Origin: Zetaproteobacteria bacterium
GTDB taxonomy: Bacteria > Pseudomonadota > Zetaproteobacteria > Mariprofundales > Mariprofundaceae
Assembly: GCA_003696795.1 (NCBI GenBank)
Contig: RFFT01000036.1
Location: 5,128-69,127 of the forward strand
Length of the DNA stretch: 64,000 nt
Direction: 5' to 3'
Shown here piece by piece: positions 1 to 9,374 of the stretch. Below the pieces are notes generated by a model, which made no database searches, was not told the origin of the DNA, and saw only the letters and a list, made by a program, of their open reading frames with translations. Numbering within the stretch: the first letter of the stretch is position 1; every line of letters begins with the position of its first letter. The position numbers and the translations under genes were made by a program.

Positions 1-2337
1 ACCCGCCAGGCGCGCGCGCGGGGATGGGACGTGACCATCGTGTCCACCGACAAGGATCTGATGCAACTGGTCGACGATCATGTCCGTTTGCTGGACACGA
101 TGCGCAACACCTCCTATGGCCCCGCCGAGGTACGCGAAAAATGGGGGGTTCCGCCGGAGCGGGTCCACGACCTGCTGGCGCTGACCGGCGACAGCTCGGA
201 CAACATCCCCGGCGTGCCCGGCATCGGCCCGAAAACGGCGGCCCAGTTGCTGGCCCAGTACGGCGATCTGGAAGGCGTGCTTCGCCATGCGCCCGAAATC
301 CGCCAGCGCAAGCGGCGCGAGAACCTGGTCGAGCACGCGGACGACGCGCGTCTGTCCTATCGTCTCGTCGCCCTGCATGACGAGGTGCCACTGCCTTGCA
401 CGCTGGACGACCTGGCGGCACGGGAACCCGACCGCACGCGGCTTGGCGCCCTGTTCCAAGAGCTTGAGTTCCGCCGACTGGCGCGGGAATTCGCCGACGC
501 GCCATCCGCCCCGCCGACCTCGACTCCGGCCCGGCAGGATCAGCGGGTCGACAACGAGGGGGCGCTCGCCGCCATGATCGCGCACCTGCGCGACGCCGAA
601 CTGCTGGCCATCGACACCGAAACCACCTCGCTAAACACGCGCGACGCCAAGCTGGTCGGCCTCGCCTTGGCCACCTCCGCCGAGCGCGCCTGGTACATTC
701 CCCTTGCGCACCAGGAACCCAACGCGCCGCAACTTTCCTGGGAGCGGGTGCGCGCGGCGCTGAAACCGATTCTCGAAGACGCCTCGCTGCCGAAGTGCGG
801 CCACAACCTGAAATACGACCTGCAGGTGCTGCGTCGCGCGGGGATCGAACTGGCCGGCATTCGTTTCGACTCGATGCTGCTCGCCTACTGCCTGCACCCC
901 GGCAAGTATCCCCCCAGCCTGGACAATGTGGCGCAGGACCATCTCGGCCATCGCTGCATCAGCTACGAACAGGTGGTCGGCAAGGGAGCAAAGAAGCTCA
1001 GCTTCGCCCAGGTGCCGATCGAACGCGCGCTTCCCTACGCCTGCGAGGACGCGGCGATCGCCTGGCAACTGAGCCGCAAGCTGAGCGCGCTGCTGGCCGA
1101 ACAACAACGGCTCAAGCGACACGACGACATCGAGCTGCCGCTGATGCATGTGCTGGCGGACATGGAGTGGCGGGGCGCGGGCATCGATCCGGACATGCTG
1201 GCACGCCTTTCGCACGCCTTTGGCGCGCGCCTGCGCGAACTCGAACAGGCCATTCATCGCGCCGCCGGCGAAACGTTCAACATTCATTCGCCACGCCAGC
1301 TGGGCGTACTGCTGTTCGAAAAGCTGGCCCTGCCCGGCGGCAAGAAAACCAAGTCCGGCCAATGGTCCACCACCCAGGACGTCCTGGAGACGCTGGCCGA
1401 GGAACACGAAGTCCCGCGCCTGATCCTCCAGGCGCGCGCATTGAGCAAGCTGAAATCGACCTATACCGACGCGCTCAGGCGTCTTGCGCATCCGGACACC
1501 AAGCGGGTGCATACCTCCTACAATCAAGCGATCACCACCACCGGGCGCCTGTCCTCGTCCGATCCCAATCTGCAGAACATTCCGGTGCGCAGCGCCGAGG
1601 GGCGGGAAATTCGCAAGGCCTTCGTCGCGCCGCCCGGCTTTGTCCTGCTCGCCGCCGATTATTCGCAGATCGAGCTGCGCCTGATGGCACACTTCTCCCG
1701 CGACGCGGCGCTGCTGCGCGCCTTTGCACAAGGGGAGGACATCCATGCGGCGACCGCGGCGGCGATCCATGGGGTGCCGTTGGAGGCGGTCAGCGGCGAG
1801 ATGCGCCGCGAGGCCAAGATCATCAATTTCGGCATCCTGTACGGCATGGGTCCATTTGGCTTGAGCAAGCAGTTGGGCATTTCGCGCGCCGAAGCCAGAG
1901 CCTTCATCGACGCCTATTTCGCGCGCCATCCCGACGTGCGCGCGTTTCTCGACCAAACCCTGGCGCATGCGCGCGAACACGGCCATGTCGAAACCCTGCT
2001 CGGCCACCGCGTGCCGATCCCGGACATCCATGCCAGAAACGGCATGCGCCGCCAGTACGCCGAACGCACGGCGATCAACGCGCCGCTGCAGGGCTCGGCG
2101 GCGGACATCATCAAGGTGGCCATGATCCGACTGCACCGCGAACTGCGCGCGCGCTGGCCTGAAGCGCACATGATTCTGCAGGTGCATGACGAACTGGTCG
2201 TCGAATGCCCCGCATCCGAGGCCGAACAAGTCGCCGCCGCCATGCGCAGGATCATGGAGCAGGCGGTGCAACTGCGCGTTCCCTTGGTGGTGGATATCGG
2301 ACAGGGACGCAACTGGTATGAAGCGCATCGGCTCTAG
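1..2337 (+). CDS. polA: DNA polymerase I; the 5' end lies upstream of the window
   Basis: The frame is open from base 1 (listed ORF 31..2337). It starts inside the 5' nuclease domain. It has the 3'-5' exo motif LAIDTETTSL and Pol I motifs A/B/C: DYSQIELR, RREAKIINFGILYGM, QVHDELVVE. Confidence 0.95.
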   Translation, partial: TRQARARGWDVTIVSTDKDLMQLVDDHVRLLDTMRNTSYGPAEVREKWGVPPERVHDLLALTGDSSDNIPGVPGIGPKTAAQLLAQYGDLEGVLRHAPEIRQRKRRENLVEHADDARLSYRLVALHDEVPLPCTLDDLAAREPDRTRLGALFQELEFRRLAREFADAPSAPPTSTPARQDQRVDNEGALAAMIAHLRDAELLAIDTETTSLNTRDAKLVGLALATSAERAWYIPLAHQEPNAPQLSWERVRAALKPILEDASLPKCGHNLKYDLQVLRRAGIELAGIRFDSMLLAYCLHPGKYPPSLDNVAQDHLGHRCISYEQVVGKGAKKLSFAQVPIERALPYACEDAAIAWQLSRKLSALLAEQQRLKRHDDIELPLMHVLADMEWRGAGIDPDMLARLSHAFGARLRELEQAIHRAAGETFNIHSPRQLGVLLFEKLALPGGKKTKSGQWSTTQDVLETLAEEHEVPRLILQARALSKLKSTYTDALRRLAHPDTKRVHTSYNQAITTTGRLSSSDPNLQNIPVRSAEGREIRKAFVAPPGFVLLAADYSQIELRLMAHFSRDAALLRAFAQGEDIHAATAAAIHGVPLEAVSGEMRREAKIINFGILYGMGPFGLSKQLGISRAEARAFIDAYFARHPDVRAFLDQTLAHAREHGHVETLLGHRVPIPDIHARNGMRRQYAERTAINAPLQGSAADIIKVAMIRLHRELRARWPEAHMILQVHDELVVECPASEAEQVAAAMRRIMEQAVQLRVPLVVDIGQGRNWYEAHRL

Positions 2338-3436
2338 CCTGCTGATCGCACTCATTCTGCTCGCCGGCTGTACCCACCGCCCCCCCGCGCCATCGCAGCC
2401 TACCTATCGCCCGGCGAGCTGGCGGCAATTGCCCGCCTGGCGCGGCAATGACCTGCGTCCCTCGCTTGCCGCCCTGCTGCAAAGTTGCAAGGCGCTGAAC
2501 ACGCGACCGGCCTGGCATGCGATCTGCGCCGTCGCAGGCAAGCTCGACGCCAACGACAACGCGCGTATCCGCGCCTTTTTCGAGCGCCACTTTCGTCCCT
2601 GGCAATTGCGCGATCGCCGCGGTCGACAACAAGGACTGATCACCGGCTACTACGAACCCATACTGCACGGCAGCCGCACGCCGGATGCGCGCTTCCGCTA
2701 TCCGGTCTATGGCGTACCGGACGATCTGCTGCGCATCGAGTTGGACGATGTCTATCCGCAGCTCAAGGGGCTGCGCCTGCGTGGCCGGCTGGTCGGCAAA
2801 CGTGTGGTTCCCTATTACACGCGCAAAGAGATCGAGGCGGGTAAGTCGCCCGTCGGCAAGGCGTTGCTTTGGGTGGATGATCCGATCGAACTGTTTTTCC
2901 TGCACGTGCAAGGCTCGGGCCGCATCCGCCTACAGGACGGCTCGTTGCTGCGCGTCGGCTACGCCGACCAGAATGGCCACCCCTACCGTTCGATCGGCAA
3001 GCGGCTTGTCGAGCAGGGCGAGTTGAGCTATGAGCAGGTATCGTTGCAATCGATCCGTGCTTGGGCCAGGGCGCACCCCGAACGCGTGCCCGCGCTGCTG
3101 GCCAGCAATCCGAGCTACGTATTCTTCCGCATCTTGCCCGACGACCTGACGGCGCCGCTCGGCGCCCTCGGCGTCCCCCTCACCGGCGGCTACAGCCTGG
3201 CCGTGGACCGGCGGGTGATTCCGCTCGGCGCGCCTGTCTATCTGGACACGCAATGGCCCAACGCGCGAAAACCCCTGCGGCGACTGATGATGGCGCAGGA
3301 TACCGGCGGCGCCATCAAGGGCGCGATCCGCGCCGATTTCTTTTGGGGGTCCGGCACGAAAGCGGGCGAACTGGCGGGACGCATGAAACAGGCGGGGCGC
3401 ATCTGGGTGCTGCTGCCACGCGGGCAAACCCCATGA
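2318..3436 (+). CDS. mltA: membrane-bound lytic murein transglycosylase A (lipoprotein)
   Basis: This is the internal ATG of ORF 2186..3436. It gives the signal/lipobox MKRIGSSLLIALILLAGC. The ITGYYEP, FFLHVQGSG and GAIKG...DFFWG regions are typical of MltA/3D-domain proteins. It overlaps the polA stop by 20 nt. Confidence 0.85.
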   Translation: MKRIGSSLLIALILLAGCTHRPPAPSQPTYRPASWRQLPAWRGNDLRPSLAALLQSCKALNTRPAWHAICAVAGKLDANDNARIRAFFERHFRPWQLRDRRGRQQGLITGYYEPILHGSRTPDARFRYPVYGVPDDLLRIELDDVYPQLKGLRLRGRLVGKRVVPYYTRKEIEAGKSPVGKALLWVDDPIELFFLHVQGSGRIRLQDGSLLRVGYADQNGHPYRSIGKRLVEQGELSYEQVSLQSIRAWARAHPERVPALLASNPSYVFFRILPDDLTAPLGALGVPLTGGYSLAVDRRVIPLGAPVYLDTQWPNARKPLRRLMMAQDTGGAIKGAIRADFFWGSGTKAGELAGRMKQAGRIWVLLPRGQTP

Positions 3437-4689
3437 GCGTCTGGCGCGCGCTGCTCTCGCGCAACATGTTGATCTGCGTCTTCACCGGCTTCACCTCCGG
3501 CCTGCCGCTCTATCTGCTGCTCAATCTGGTGCCCGCCTGGCTGCGCAGCGAGCAGGTGGATCTCGCCACGATCGGACTGTTCGCGCTGATCCAGTTTCCC
3601 TACACCTGGAAGTTCGTCTGGGCGCCGTTCCTCGATCGCTTCGCGTTGCCCTGGCTGGGCAGGCGGCGCGGCTGGATGCTGCTCAGCCAGCTCGCGCTGC
3701 TCGCGTTGATCGCCGCCCTGGGGGCGTTCCGACCCGGAGAGGATCTGGGCATGATCGTGCTGCTGGCCGTGCTGCTCGCGTTTCTCTCGGCCACCCAGGA
3801 CATTGCGCTGGACGCCTATCGGCGGGAGCTGCTTGCCGAGCGCGAACTGGGGCTTGGCAACGCGATCCATATCAACGCCTATCGCATCGCCGGGCTGGTG
3901 CCCGGCTCGCTGTCGCTGATTTTGGCCGACCACCTGCCGTGGCACACGGTGTTCGCGATCACTGCCTTGTTCATGCTGCCCGGCATGCTGATGACCCTGC
4001 TGGTCAAGGAACCCGATGTCGCAAGCCCGCCCCGCACCCTGCGCGAGGCGGTCGTGGAGCCCTTGCGCGAATTCTTTCAGCGCAAAGGGGTGCGCGACGC
4101 GCTCAGCGTCCTTGCCTTTCTGTTCCTATATAAACTGGGCGATAGCATGTGCACCGCGCTTGCCACCCCGTTTTATCTCGACATGGGGTACAGCAAGACC
4201 GAAATTGGCCTGATTGCGAAAAACGCCGGTCTCTGGCCGTCGGTGATCGGCGGCATTCTCGGCGGCCTGTGGATGATCCGTATCGGCATCAACAAGGCCT
4301 TGTGGCTGTTCGGCATCGTCCAGCTTGCCTCCATTCTCGGCTTCGCCTGGCTCGCTGCGCTCGGGCCGCATGCCTCCATCGATGCGACTGCCCTGGCGCA
4401 GCTTGCGCTGGTCATCGGCTTCGAAGCCTTCGGGGTCGGCGTTGGCACGGCGGCGTTCGTCGCCTTTATCGCCCACAGCACCCATCCCGCCTATACCGCG
4501 ACCCAATTCGCCCTGTTTACGAGCCTTGCCGCCATCCCGCGCACCTTCGTGAACGCCAGCACCGGTTGGATGGTCGAGCAGATGGGCTGGCTCGGCTTCT
4601 TCCTGCTCTGCGCTCTGCTCGCCATTCCGGGCATGTTGCTGTTGCTCAAGGTGGCGCCCTGGCATGGCGAGTGCCGCCGGGTTGTCTAA
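3433..4689 (+). CDS. ampG: AmpG-family muropeptide MFS permease
   Basis: The ATG at 3433 overlaps the mltA stop (ATGA). The protein is polytopic with an AmpG-like N-terminus ([10 protein letters not shown]...[17 protein letters not shown]). Confidence 0.85.
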   Translation: MSVWRALLSRNMLICVFTGFTSGLPLYLLLNLVPAWLRSEQVDLATIGLFALIQFPYTWKFVWAPFLDRFALPWLGRRRGWMLLSQLALLALIAALGAFRPGEDLGMIVLLAVLLAFLSATQDIALDAYRRELLAERELGLGNAIHINAYRIAGLVPGSLSLILADHLPWHTVFAITALFMLPGMLMTLLVKEPDVASPPRTLREAVVEPLREFFQRKGVRDALSVLAFLFLYKLGDSMCTALATPFYLDMGYSKTEIGLIAKNAGLWPSVIGGILGGLWMIRIGINKALWLFGIVQLASILGFAWLAALGPHASIDATALAQLALVIGFEAFGVGVGTAAFVAFIAHSTHPAYTATQFALFTSLAAIPRTFVNASTGWMVEQMGWLGFFLLCALLAIPGMLLLLKVAPWHGECRRVV

Positions 4690-4742
4690 CATGCGCGCGC
4701 TCCGTATGCTTCGCGCCTACCACGAACCATAGAGAGGAAGCC

Positions 4743-5087
4743 ATGGCGTTTGTTGTTACCCAGCTTTGCAAGGATTGCGTCGATACGGCCTGTGTCGCGG
4801 TGTGCCCGGTGGACTGCTTCTATCAGCCCAAGGAAATCACCGAGGAAACCCCGAACATGCTGTTCATCTCTCCCGAAGAGTGCATCGACTGCGCGGTATG
4901 CGAGCCGGAGTGCCCATGGGAAGCGATCTACCCGGAGGAGGATGTGCCCGAGGTCTTCGCGGGCGACATCGCGCTGAACGAGATGTGCGATACGCATCGC
5001 GAGCTGTTCGAACTGGCCGAGGTGGTCGAGAAGGAGCCGCCGACACCAGAGCAGGTGGCCGCCAACAAGGCCAAGTACGGTCTGTAA
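4743..5087 (+). CDS. 7Fe (3Fe-4S + 4Fe-4S) ferredoxin, FdxA type
   Basis: [22 protein letters not shown] (CxxCxxxxCxxxCP) plus [12 protein letters not shown]. It is the internal start of ORF 4149..5087. Confidence 0.85.
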   Translation: MAFVVTQLCKDCVDTACVAVCPVDCFYQPKEITEETPNMLFISPEECIDCAVCEPECPWEAIYPEEDVPEVFAGDIALNEMCDTHRELFELAEVVEKEPPTPEQVAANKAKYGL

Positions 5088-5107
5088 TACCCTTGCTCCC
5101 GATTGCT

Positions 5108-5143
5108 GGCCCGCGCCGCAACCGGTTGGCGCGGGCCTTTTTT
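5108..5143 (+). terminator. rho-independent terminator after the ferredoxin gene
   Basis: GGCCCGCGCC-(10 nt loop)-GGCGCGGGCC followed by TTTTTT, starting 21 nt after the stop codon. Confidence 0.6.
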
Positions 5144-5157
5144 GTCGCCAACGAAGC

Positions 5158-6225
5158 ATGACCGAACCCGTCTCGATTCTCGAACTGGACCGTGGCGCGT
5201 TGGAAGCGTTATGTGCGCGCGCAGGCGCCAAACCGGTGCATGCCGAAGCCCTGCAGGCGCATGTCTTTCGCCGTGGCCGGCTGGATCTTGACGCGATCCC
5301 GGACCTGCCGCGCACCCTGCGCCACTGGCTTGCCCATCACCTGCGCACCGATCTGCCGCCCGTGCTCGCCCGCCGGCAATCGAGCGATGGCACGGAAAAG
5401 CTGCTATTGGGCATGGCGGACGGCAAGGAAGTCGAAACGGTCCTGATTCCGGCCGCCAAACGCCTGACCCAGTGCATCTCCACCCAGGTGGGCTGTGCAA
5501 TCGGCTGCACATTCTGCCTCACCGCATCCGCGGGGCTGGTTCGCCATCTTTCGACCGGCGAGATGGTCGCCCAGGTTATGGCCGCCTGGCGGCTGCGCGG
5601 CGAACGCGCACGCAACCTGGTGCTGATGGGCATGGGTGAACCGTTGCACAACTACGAAGCAGTGGCGCGATTCGTGCGCACCGCGACCGATCCGAAGGGA
5701 ATGGCCTTTTCGCCCAACCGCATCACGCTCTCGACCGCCGGACTCGTGCCGGGCATTCGCCGCATGCAGGCCGACGCACTACCCTGCAACCTGGCCGTCT
5801 CCCTGAACGCGACCACGGACGCGGTGCGCGACCGCATCATGCCCATCAATCGCAAATATCCGCTGGCCGAATTGCTTGCCGCGATCCGCGACTATATCGC
5901 CGCGCGCGGCGGTAAACGCGTCCTGATCGAATATGTGCTGCTGGACGGCATCAACGACACGCCCGCCGATGCCCGTCGCCTCAGCGGCCTGCTCGCCGAT
6001 CTCGACATCACGATCAATCTGCTGCCGTTCAACGCCCATGCCGCAGCCCCCTATGGGCGACCGGACGAGCGGCGGGTTGCCGCATTCCGCGACATCCTGC
6101 AGCAAGCTGGTTTCGTCACCGTGGTGCGCGATTCGCGCGGGCGGGACATCTCCGCCGCCTGCGGTCAATTGCGCACCGAGATCCGTCAGCGGCGGCGCAC
6201 TACTGAATATCCTTGTCCGGAATAA
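5158..6225 (+). CDS. rlmN: 23S rRNA/tRNA (adenine-C2)-methyltransferase, radical SAM
   Basis: Radical-SAM cluster motif CAIGCTFC, later GMGEPL, and the C-terminal catalytic Cys region DISAACGQL. Confidence 0.9.
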   Translation: MTEPVSILELDRGALEALCARAGAKPVHAEALQAHVFRRGRLDLDAIPDLPRTLRHWLAHHLRTDLPPVLARRQSSDGTEKLLLGMADGKEVETVLIPAAKRLTQCISTQVGCAIGCTFCLTASAGLVRHLSTGEMVAQVMAAWRLRGERARNLVLMGMGEPLHNYEAVARFVRTATDPKGMAFSPNRITLSTAGLVPGIRRMQADALPCNLAVSLNATTDAVRDRIMPINRKYPLAELLAAIRDYIAARGGKRVLIEYVLLDGINDTPADARRLSGLLADLDITINLLPFNAHAAAPYGRPDERRVAAFRDILQQAGFVTVVRDSRGRDISAACGQLRTEIRQRRRTTEYPCPE

Positions 6226-6895
6226 TCAACATCTCCACCCGTCGGTTGAGCTGACGTCCCGCCGCCGTTGCGTTGCTCGCCCGCGGCTGGGTTTCACCCG
6301 CACCGAAGGTATGAATGCGCGTGCCCGCAACCCCGCGCCGCATCAGATACGCCTTGACCGCCTCCGCCCTGCGCTCGGACAGCCGCTGATTGTAGGCTGC
6401 CGAACCGGTCGAGTCGGTATGCCCGGTGATCTCGATCGTGGTGCGCGAATAGCGTTTGAGAATGTCGGCCACCTTGTCCAGGGTGTCGTAAAAAGCAGGA
6501 TTGATCTCGGCAGAATCCACCGCGAACGAAACCTCGTTGCTCATCGTAATCTTCAGGTTCTCGTTCTTCAGCCGCTCGATCTCCACCTGATGCTGCGCCC
6601 GCTCGCGCGCCAACCGTTGCTCGAACTCGGCCTGCTGCTTGTCCATGTAATGCCCGACGCCGGCGCCGATCGCGCCTCCCGCCGCCGCGCCAATCAACGC
6701 ACCGCGCAAAGCGCCACCGGAATGGTCTCCCTGATAGCCGATCACGGCTCCGGCCAGCGCGCCCAGCGCCGCCCCCGCCGCCGCCGATTCCTTGGCATGC
6801 CGATTCGGATCGTCCGGCGTGGTGGCGCATGCGCTCAACATCGCCCCCACCGCGATCGTTCCCATCCATTTCCTGTTCATCGCCATCACCTCCAT
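6200..6895 (-). CDS. OmpA-family peptidoglycan-binding lipoprotein with a glycine-zipper segment
   Basis: Lipobox GAMLSAC. Gly-zipper GAALGALAGAVIG...GALIGAAAGGAIGAGVG. OmpA_C-like ITGHTDSTGSAAYNQRLSERRAEAV. Its start codon overlaps the GT2 stop by 1 nt. Confidence 0.8.
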   Translation of the reverse strand: MEVMAMNRKWMGTIAVGAMLSACATTPDDPNRHAKESAAAGAALGALAGAVIGYQGDHSGGALRGALIGAAAGGAIGAGVGHYMDKQQAEFEQRLARERAQHQVEIERLKNENLKITMSNEVSFAVDSAEINPAFYDTLDKVADILKRYSRTTIEITGHTDSTGSAAYNQRLSERRAEAVKAYLMRRGVAGTRIHTFGAGETQPRASNATAAGRQLNRRVEMLIIPDKDIQ

Positions 6896-8307
6896 CAGGC
6901 CCGCTTGTTCCAGCGGCCATGCCGCGTCATCTTACCCCAGCCACCTTTTTGGCGAAAGAGCCAACGCATGAACCCCATCAAACGAAAGAAGGCCACCATC
7001 TGCCGATAACCGAAGTTTTCCAACAAGGCCACAATCAGCAACACCAACACATGCCACGCTTTGGGATAGGTGTTGAACGACAACTCCTCAAGCAACAAGG
7101 CGGTAATCGAGAGCAATGTGCCCAGCGCAATCGCGGCGAACAGGAACACCAGAAACGTGGACCAGGCGATATAACCCCATAAATACAAAAGCAGCATCAG
7201 CACATAGCCGGCGATCTCGACCACCGGTCCCCACCATTCCACCACCACCATGAATGGGAACGCAAGCCATCCAACCACGCCCCCCCGGCGATGAAACAGA
7301 AGATCCCAATTCATCGTCAGGCTTTCCGAAACGCCGCGGTGCCACCGGACGCGCTGATTTTTCAGAATCCCCAGCCGCTCGGGCAATTCGGTCCAGCACA
7401 CCGCGTCGGCGATAAAGGTGATACGGTAGCGTTGTTTCCACTCCCGCATCTTGCGATGCAAACGCACCACCAACTCCATATCCTCGCCGACAGTATCCGT
7501 GCGATAACCGCCAACCGCGACCACCGCATCCTTGCGAAAGAGCCCGAATGCACCGGAGATGATCAGCAGACTGTTGACCAGTTCCCAGCCCAGGCGGCCG
7601 AACAGGAAGGCGCGCATGAACTCAACGATCTGAAACAGAGCCAATGGATTATTCGGCAGCCCCACCTTGAGCAGCACACCCTCGCGAATCTCGCAACCAT
7701 TGGCCGCGCGGATGATGCCTCCACAGGCGATCACCCGATCATCCTCCATGAATGGCCGCACCGCCCGCTGCAAACCCTGCTTGTGAATGATCGAGTCGGC
7801 GTCGACCGTGCAGAACAGCGGATAGCGAGAGACATTGATGCCCGCATTCAACGCATCCGCCTTGCCTCCGTTTTCCTTGTCCACCAGACAGAGGTTGGGG
7901 AAAACCGAAGAACGATAAATCGCGCGCACTGGCTTCGTCTCGATACGCTGCCAGTAAGGCTCCGGTATCTCCTCCATCGCAAACGCCTCGCGCACCACCC
8001 GCAAGGTATCGTCGCTGGAACCGTCATTGACGACAACCACCTCATGCTCGGGATAGTCCAACGCGAGCATCGACTGAATCGACGATACAATCGTGACTTC
8101 CTCATTGTAGGCGGGCACGAGCACGCTGATGGGAAGCTCGAATCCGGCGTAGATGGAGGGCAGCGCTGAGGCATCGACCGTCTCCAGATAACGCGAGATC
8201 GCCACCGATGCGCTCAAATTAAGCAGCAGGTATCCGCTATTGACCAAGGCAAAATAAACAAGGATCAATAGCTCGACGTCATGCACCAACTCCGGCGACA
8301 ACATCAA
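6895..8307 (-). CDS. processive family-2 glycosyltransferase (polysaccharide synthase-like, membrane-embedded)
   Basis: It has N- and C-terminal TM helices. Motifs: VPAYNEE, VVNDGSSDDT, TVDADS, GEDMEL, QRVRWHRG (the D, DxD, ED, QxxRW set of BcsA/PgaC/NodC-type synthases). Confidence 0.85.
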   Translation of the reverse strand: MMLSPELVHDVELLILVYFALVNSGYLLLNLSASVAISRYLETVDASALPSIYAGFELPISVLVPAYNEEVTIVSSIQSMLALDYPEHEVVVVNDGSSDDTLRVVREAFAMEEIPEPYWQRIETKPVRAIYRSSVFPNLCLVDKENGGKADALNAGINVSRYPLFCTVDADSIIHKQGLQRAVRPFMEDDRVIACGGIIRAANGCEIREGVLLKVGLPNNPLALFQIVEFMRAFLFGRLGWELVNSLLIISGAFGLFRKDAVVAVGGYRTDTVGEDMELVVRLHRKMREWKQRYRITFIADAVCWTELPERLGILKNQRVRWHRGVSESLTMNWDLLFHRRGGVVGWLAFPFMVVVEWWGPVVEIAGYVLMLLLYLWGYIAWSTFLVFLFAAIALGTLLSITALLLEELSFNTYPKAWHVLVLLIVALLENFGYRQMVAFFRLMGFMRWLFRQKGGWGKMTRHGRWNKRA

Positions 8308-9374
8308 GCCACCACGGTGCGCTCAGTCAACGCCTGCAACAGAGCATCGTGCGCGAAACGGTCCGGTGCATGCTCGATCATGCGCCGGATATTCTCTCTA
8401 TCGAGGTCCGGCAGGGAAATGATCGCCTGCACAGCGCGCACGCGCACCCAACGATTGCGATCCTCGGCGAGCTGGAGCAACCGCGCCACATCATCGCGAT
8501 TGCCGATGCGGCCCAACGCAATCGCGACCTGGGTACGGACCACCCATGATGGATGTCGGACAAGCGGGCGCACCATCGCCAGCGACCTCGCCAGCGGTAT
8601 GCGCCCCAGCAAATAGACGCATCCGGCGACGATATTCTCATCATGATCGTGCAAATACGCGCGCGCCACGCGCAGCGCATCCCGCGCATGAATCAGCTCG
8701 AGATAGCGGATCAGGCGCACGACATCCGTTGGTGACGCACGCAGCATCCAATCCGCCAACGGGGCGGACAGACGATCGGCCCCGATTTCCTGGAACAGGC
8801 CGGCAAGTCGATCCCGCGGCCAATGCCGGTGGCTGCTCAAACGGCGTAGCAAAGGCTCGATCGCCCGATCCGCATCGAGATGAACCAATGCCTCCATCGC
8901 GCTCAGAGACACAATATTTTGCGTATCATCCAGAAAGCGTTCCAGCACAGACCAATCGTCCGCCTCGCCGAAATCGCCCAGTGCGCGAAGAGCGCGCAAA
9001 CGGATGCGCAGATCGCGCGCGCGCAGTCGCACGCGCGCCCGTTCCACCAGGCCGTATCGATGGGCAAAATCGATCATCCGTTGGCGATAGTCCGCATCGT
9101 TGACCGCCTCGAACATGCGACACCACAAATCGATCACCGCGTCAAACACATAGCCGCGCAGCGGCGACAACGATACTTCTTCCCCCGCAAGCCAGCCCAG
9201 CATCGCGGACCTCCAGCGCAAACGCGCGACCCGTTTGCGACGCTGTCTGAACGAGAACAGCAAACGCAGGGCGATGATTTGCACAATCAGGAACAGCACC
9301 ATGGCCATGGACACCACGCCGATCCAGAAGAAAACCTCAACAATCGGGTCAGAAGCGGTATAAAAGTCCAACAT
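8304..9374 (-). CDS. membrane-anchored HEAT-repeat protein
   Basis: One N-terminal TM helix (FFWIGVVSMAMVLFLIVQIIALRLLF) followed by HEAT/PBS-lyase-like repeats (for example HPSWVVRTQVAIALGRIGNRDDVARLLQLAEDRNRWVRVRAVQAI). Its stop overlaps the GT2 start (ATGA). The start was chosen at MLDFY; 9398 or 9464 are also possible. Confidence 0.65.
   Translation of the reverse strand: MLDFYTASDPIVEVFFWIGVVSMAMVLFLIVQIIALRLLFSFRQRRKRVARLRWRSAMLGWLAGEEVSLSPLRGYVFDAVIDLWCRMFEAVNDADYRQRMIDFAHRYGLVERARVRLRARDLRIRLRALRALGDFGEADDWSVLERFLDDTQNIVSLSAMEALVHLDADRAIEPLLRRLSSHRHWPRDRLAGLFQEIGADRLSAPLADWMLRASPTDVVRLIRYLELIHARDALRVARAYLHDHDENIVAGCVYLLGRIPLARSLAMVRPLVRHPSWVVRTQVAIALGRIGNRDDVARLLQLAEDRNRWVRVRAVQAIISLPDLDRENIRRMIEHAPDRFAHDALLQALTERTVVA

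Noticed and set aside
2186-2317. N-terminal extensions of listed ORFs, for example 2186 for mltA, 3061 for ampG, 4149 for the ferredoxin, 12304 for efp, 22088 for the PMM/PGM gene, 43847 for gcvT, 45021 for gcvH, 46466 for gcvPB and 41144 for the kinase.
   Set aside because: The extensions run through the preceding gene in another frame, lack family similarity and would bury signal peptides or conserved N-termini. Internal ATGs give canonical N-termini and often ATGA coupling with the upstream stop.
631-2355. A 574-aa ORF on the minus strand that spans almost all of polA.
   Set aside because: It lies antisense to an unambiguous polA reading frame. Its composition is Arg/Ala/Gly/His/Gln-rich and low in complexity, with no recognisable motif. 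Long shadow ORFs like this are expected in GC-rich DNA.
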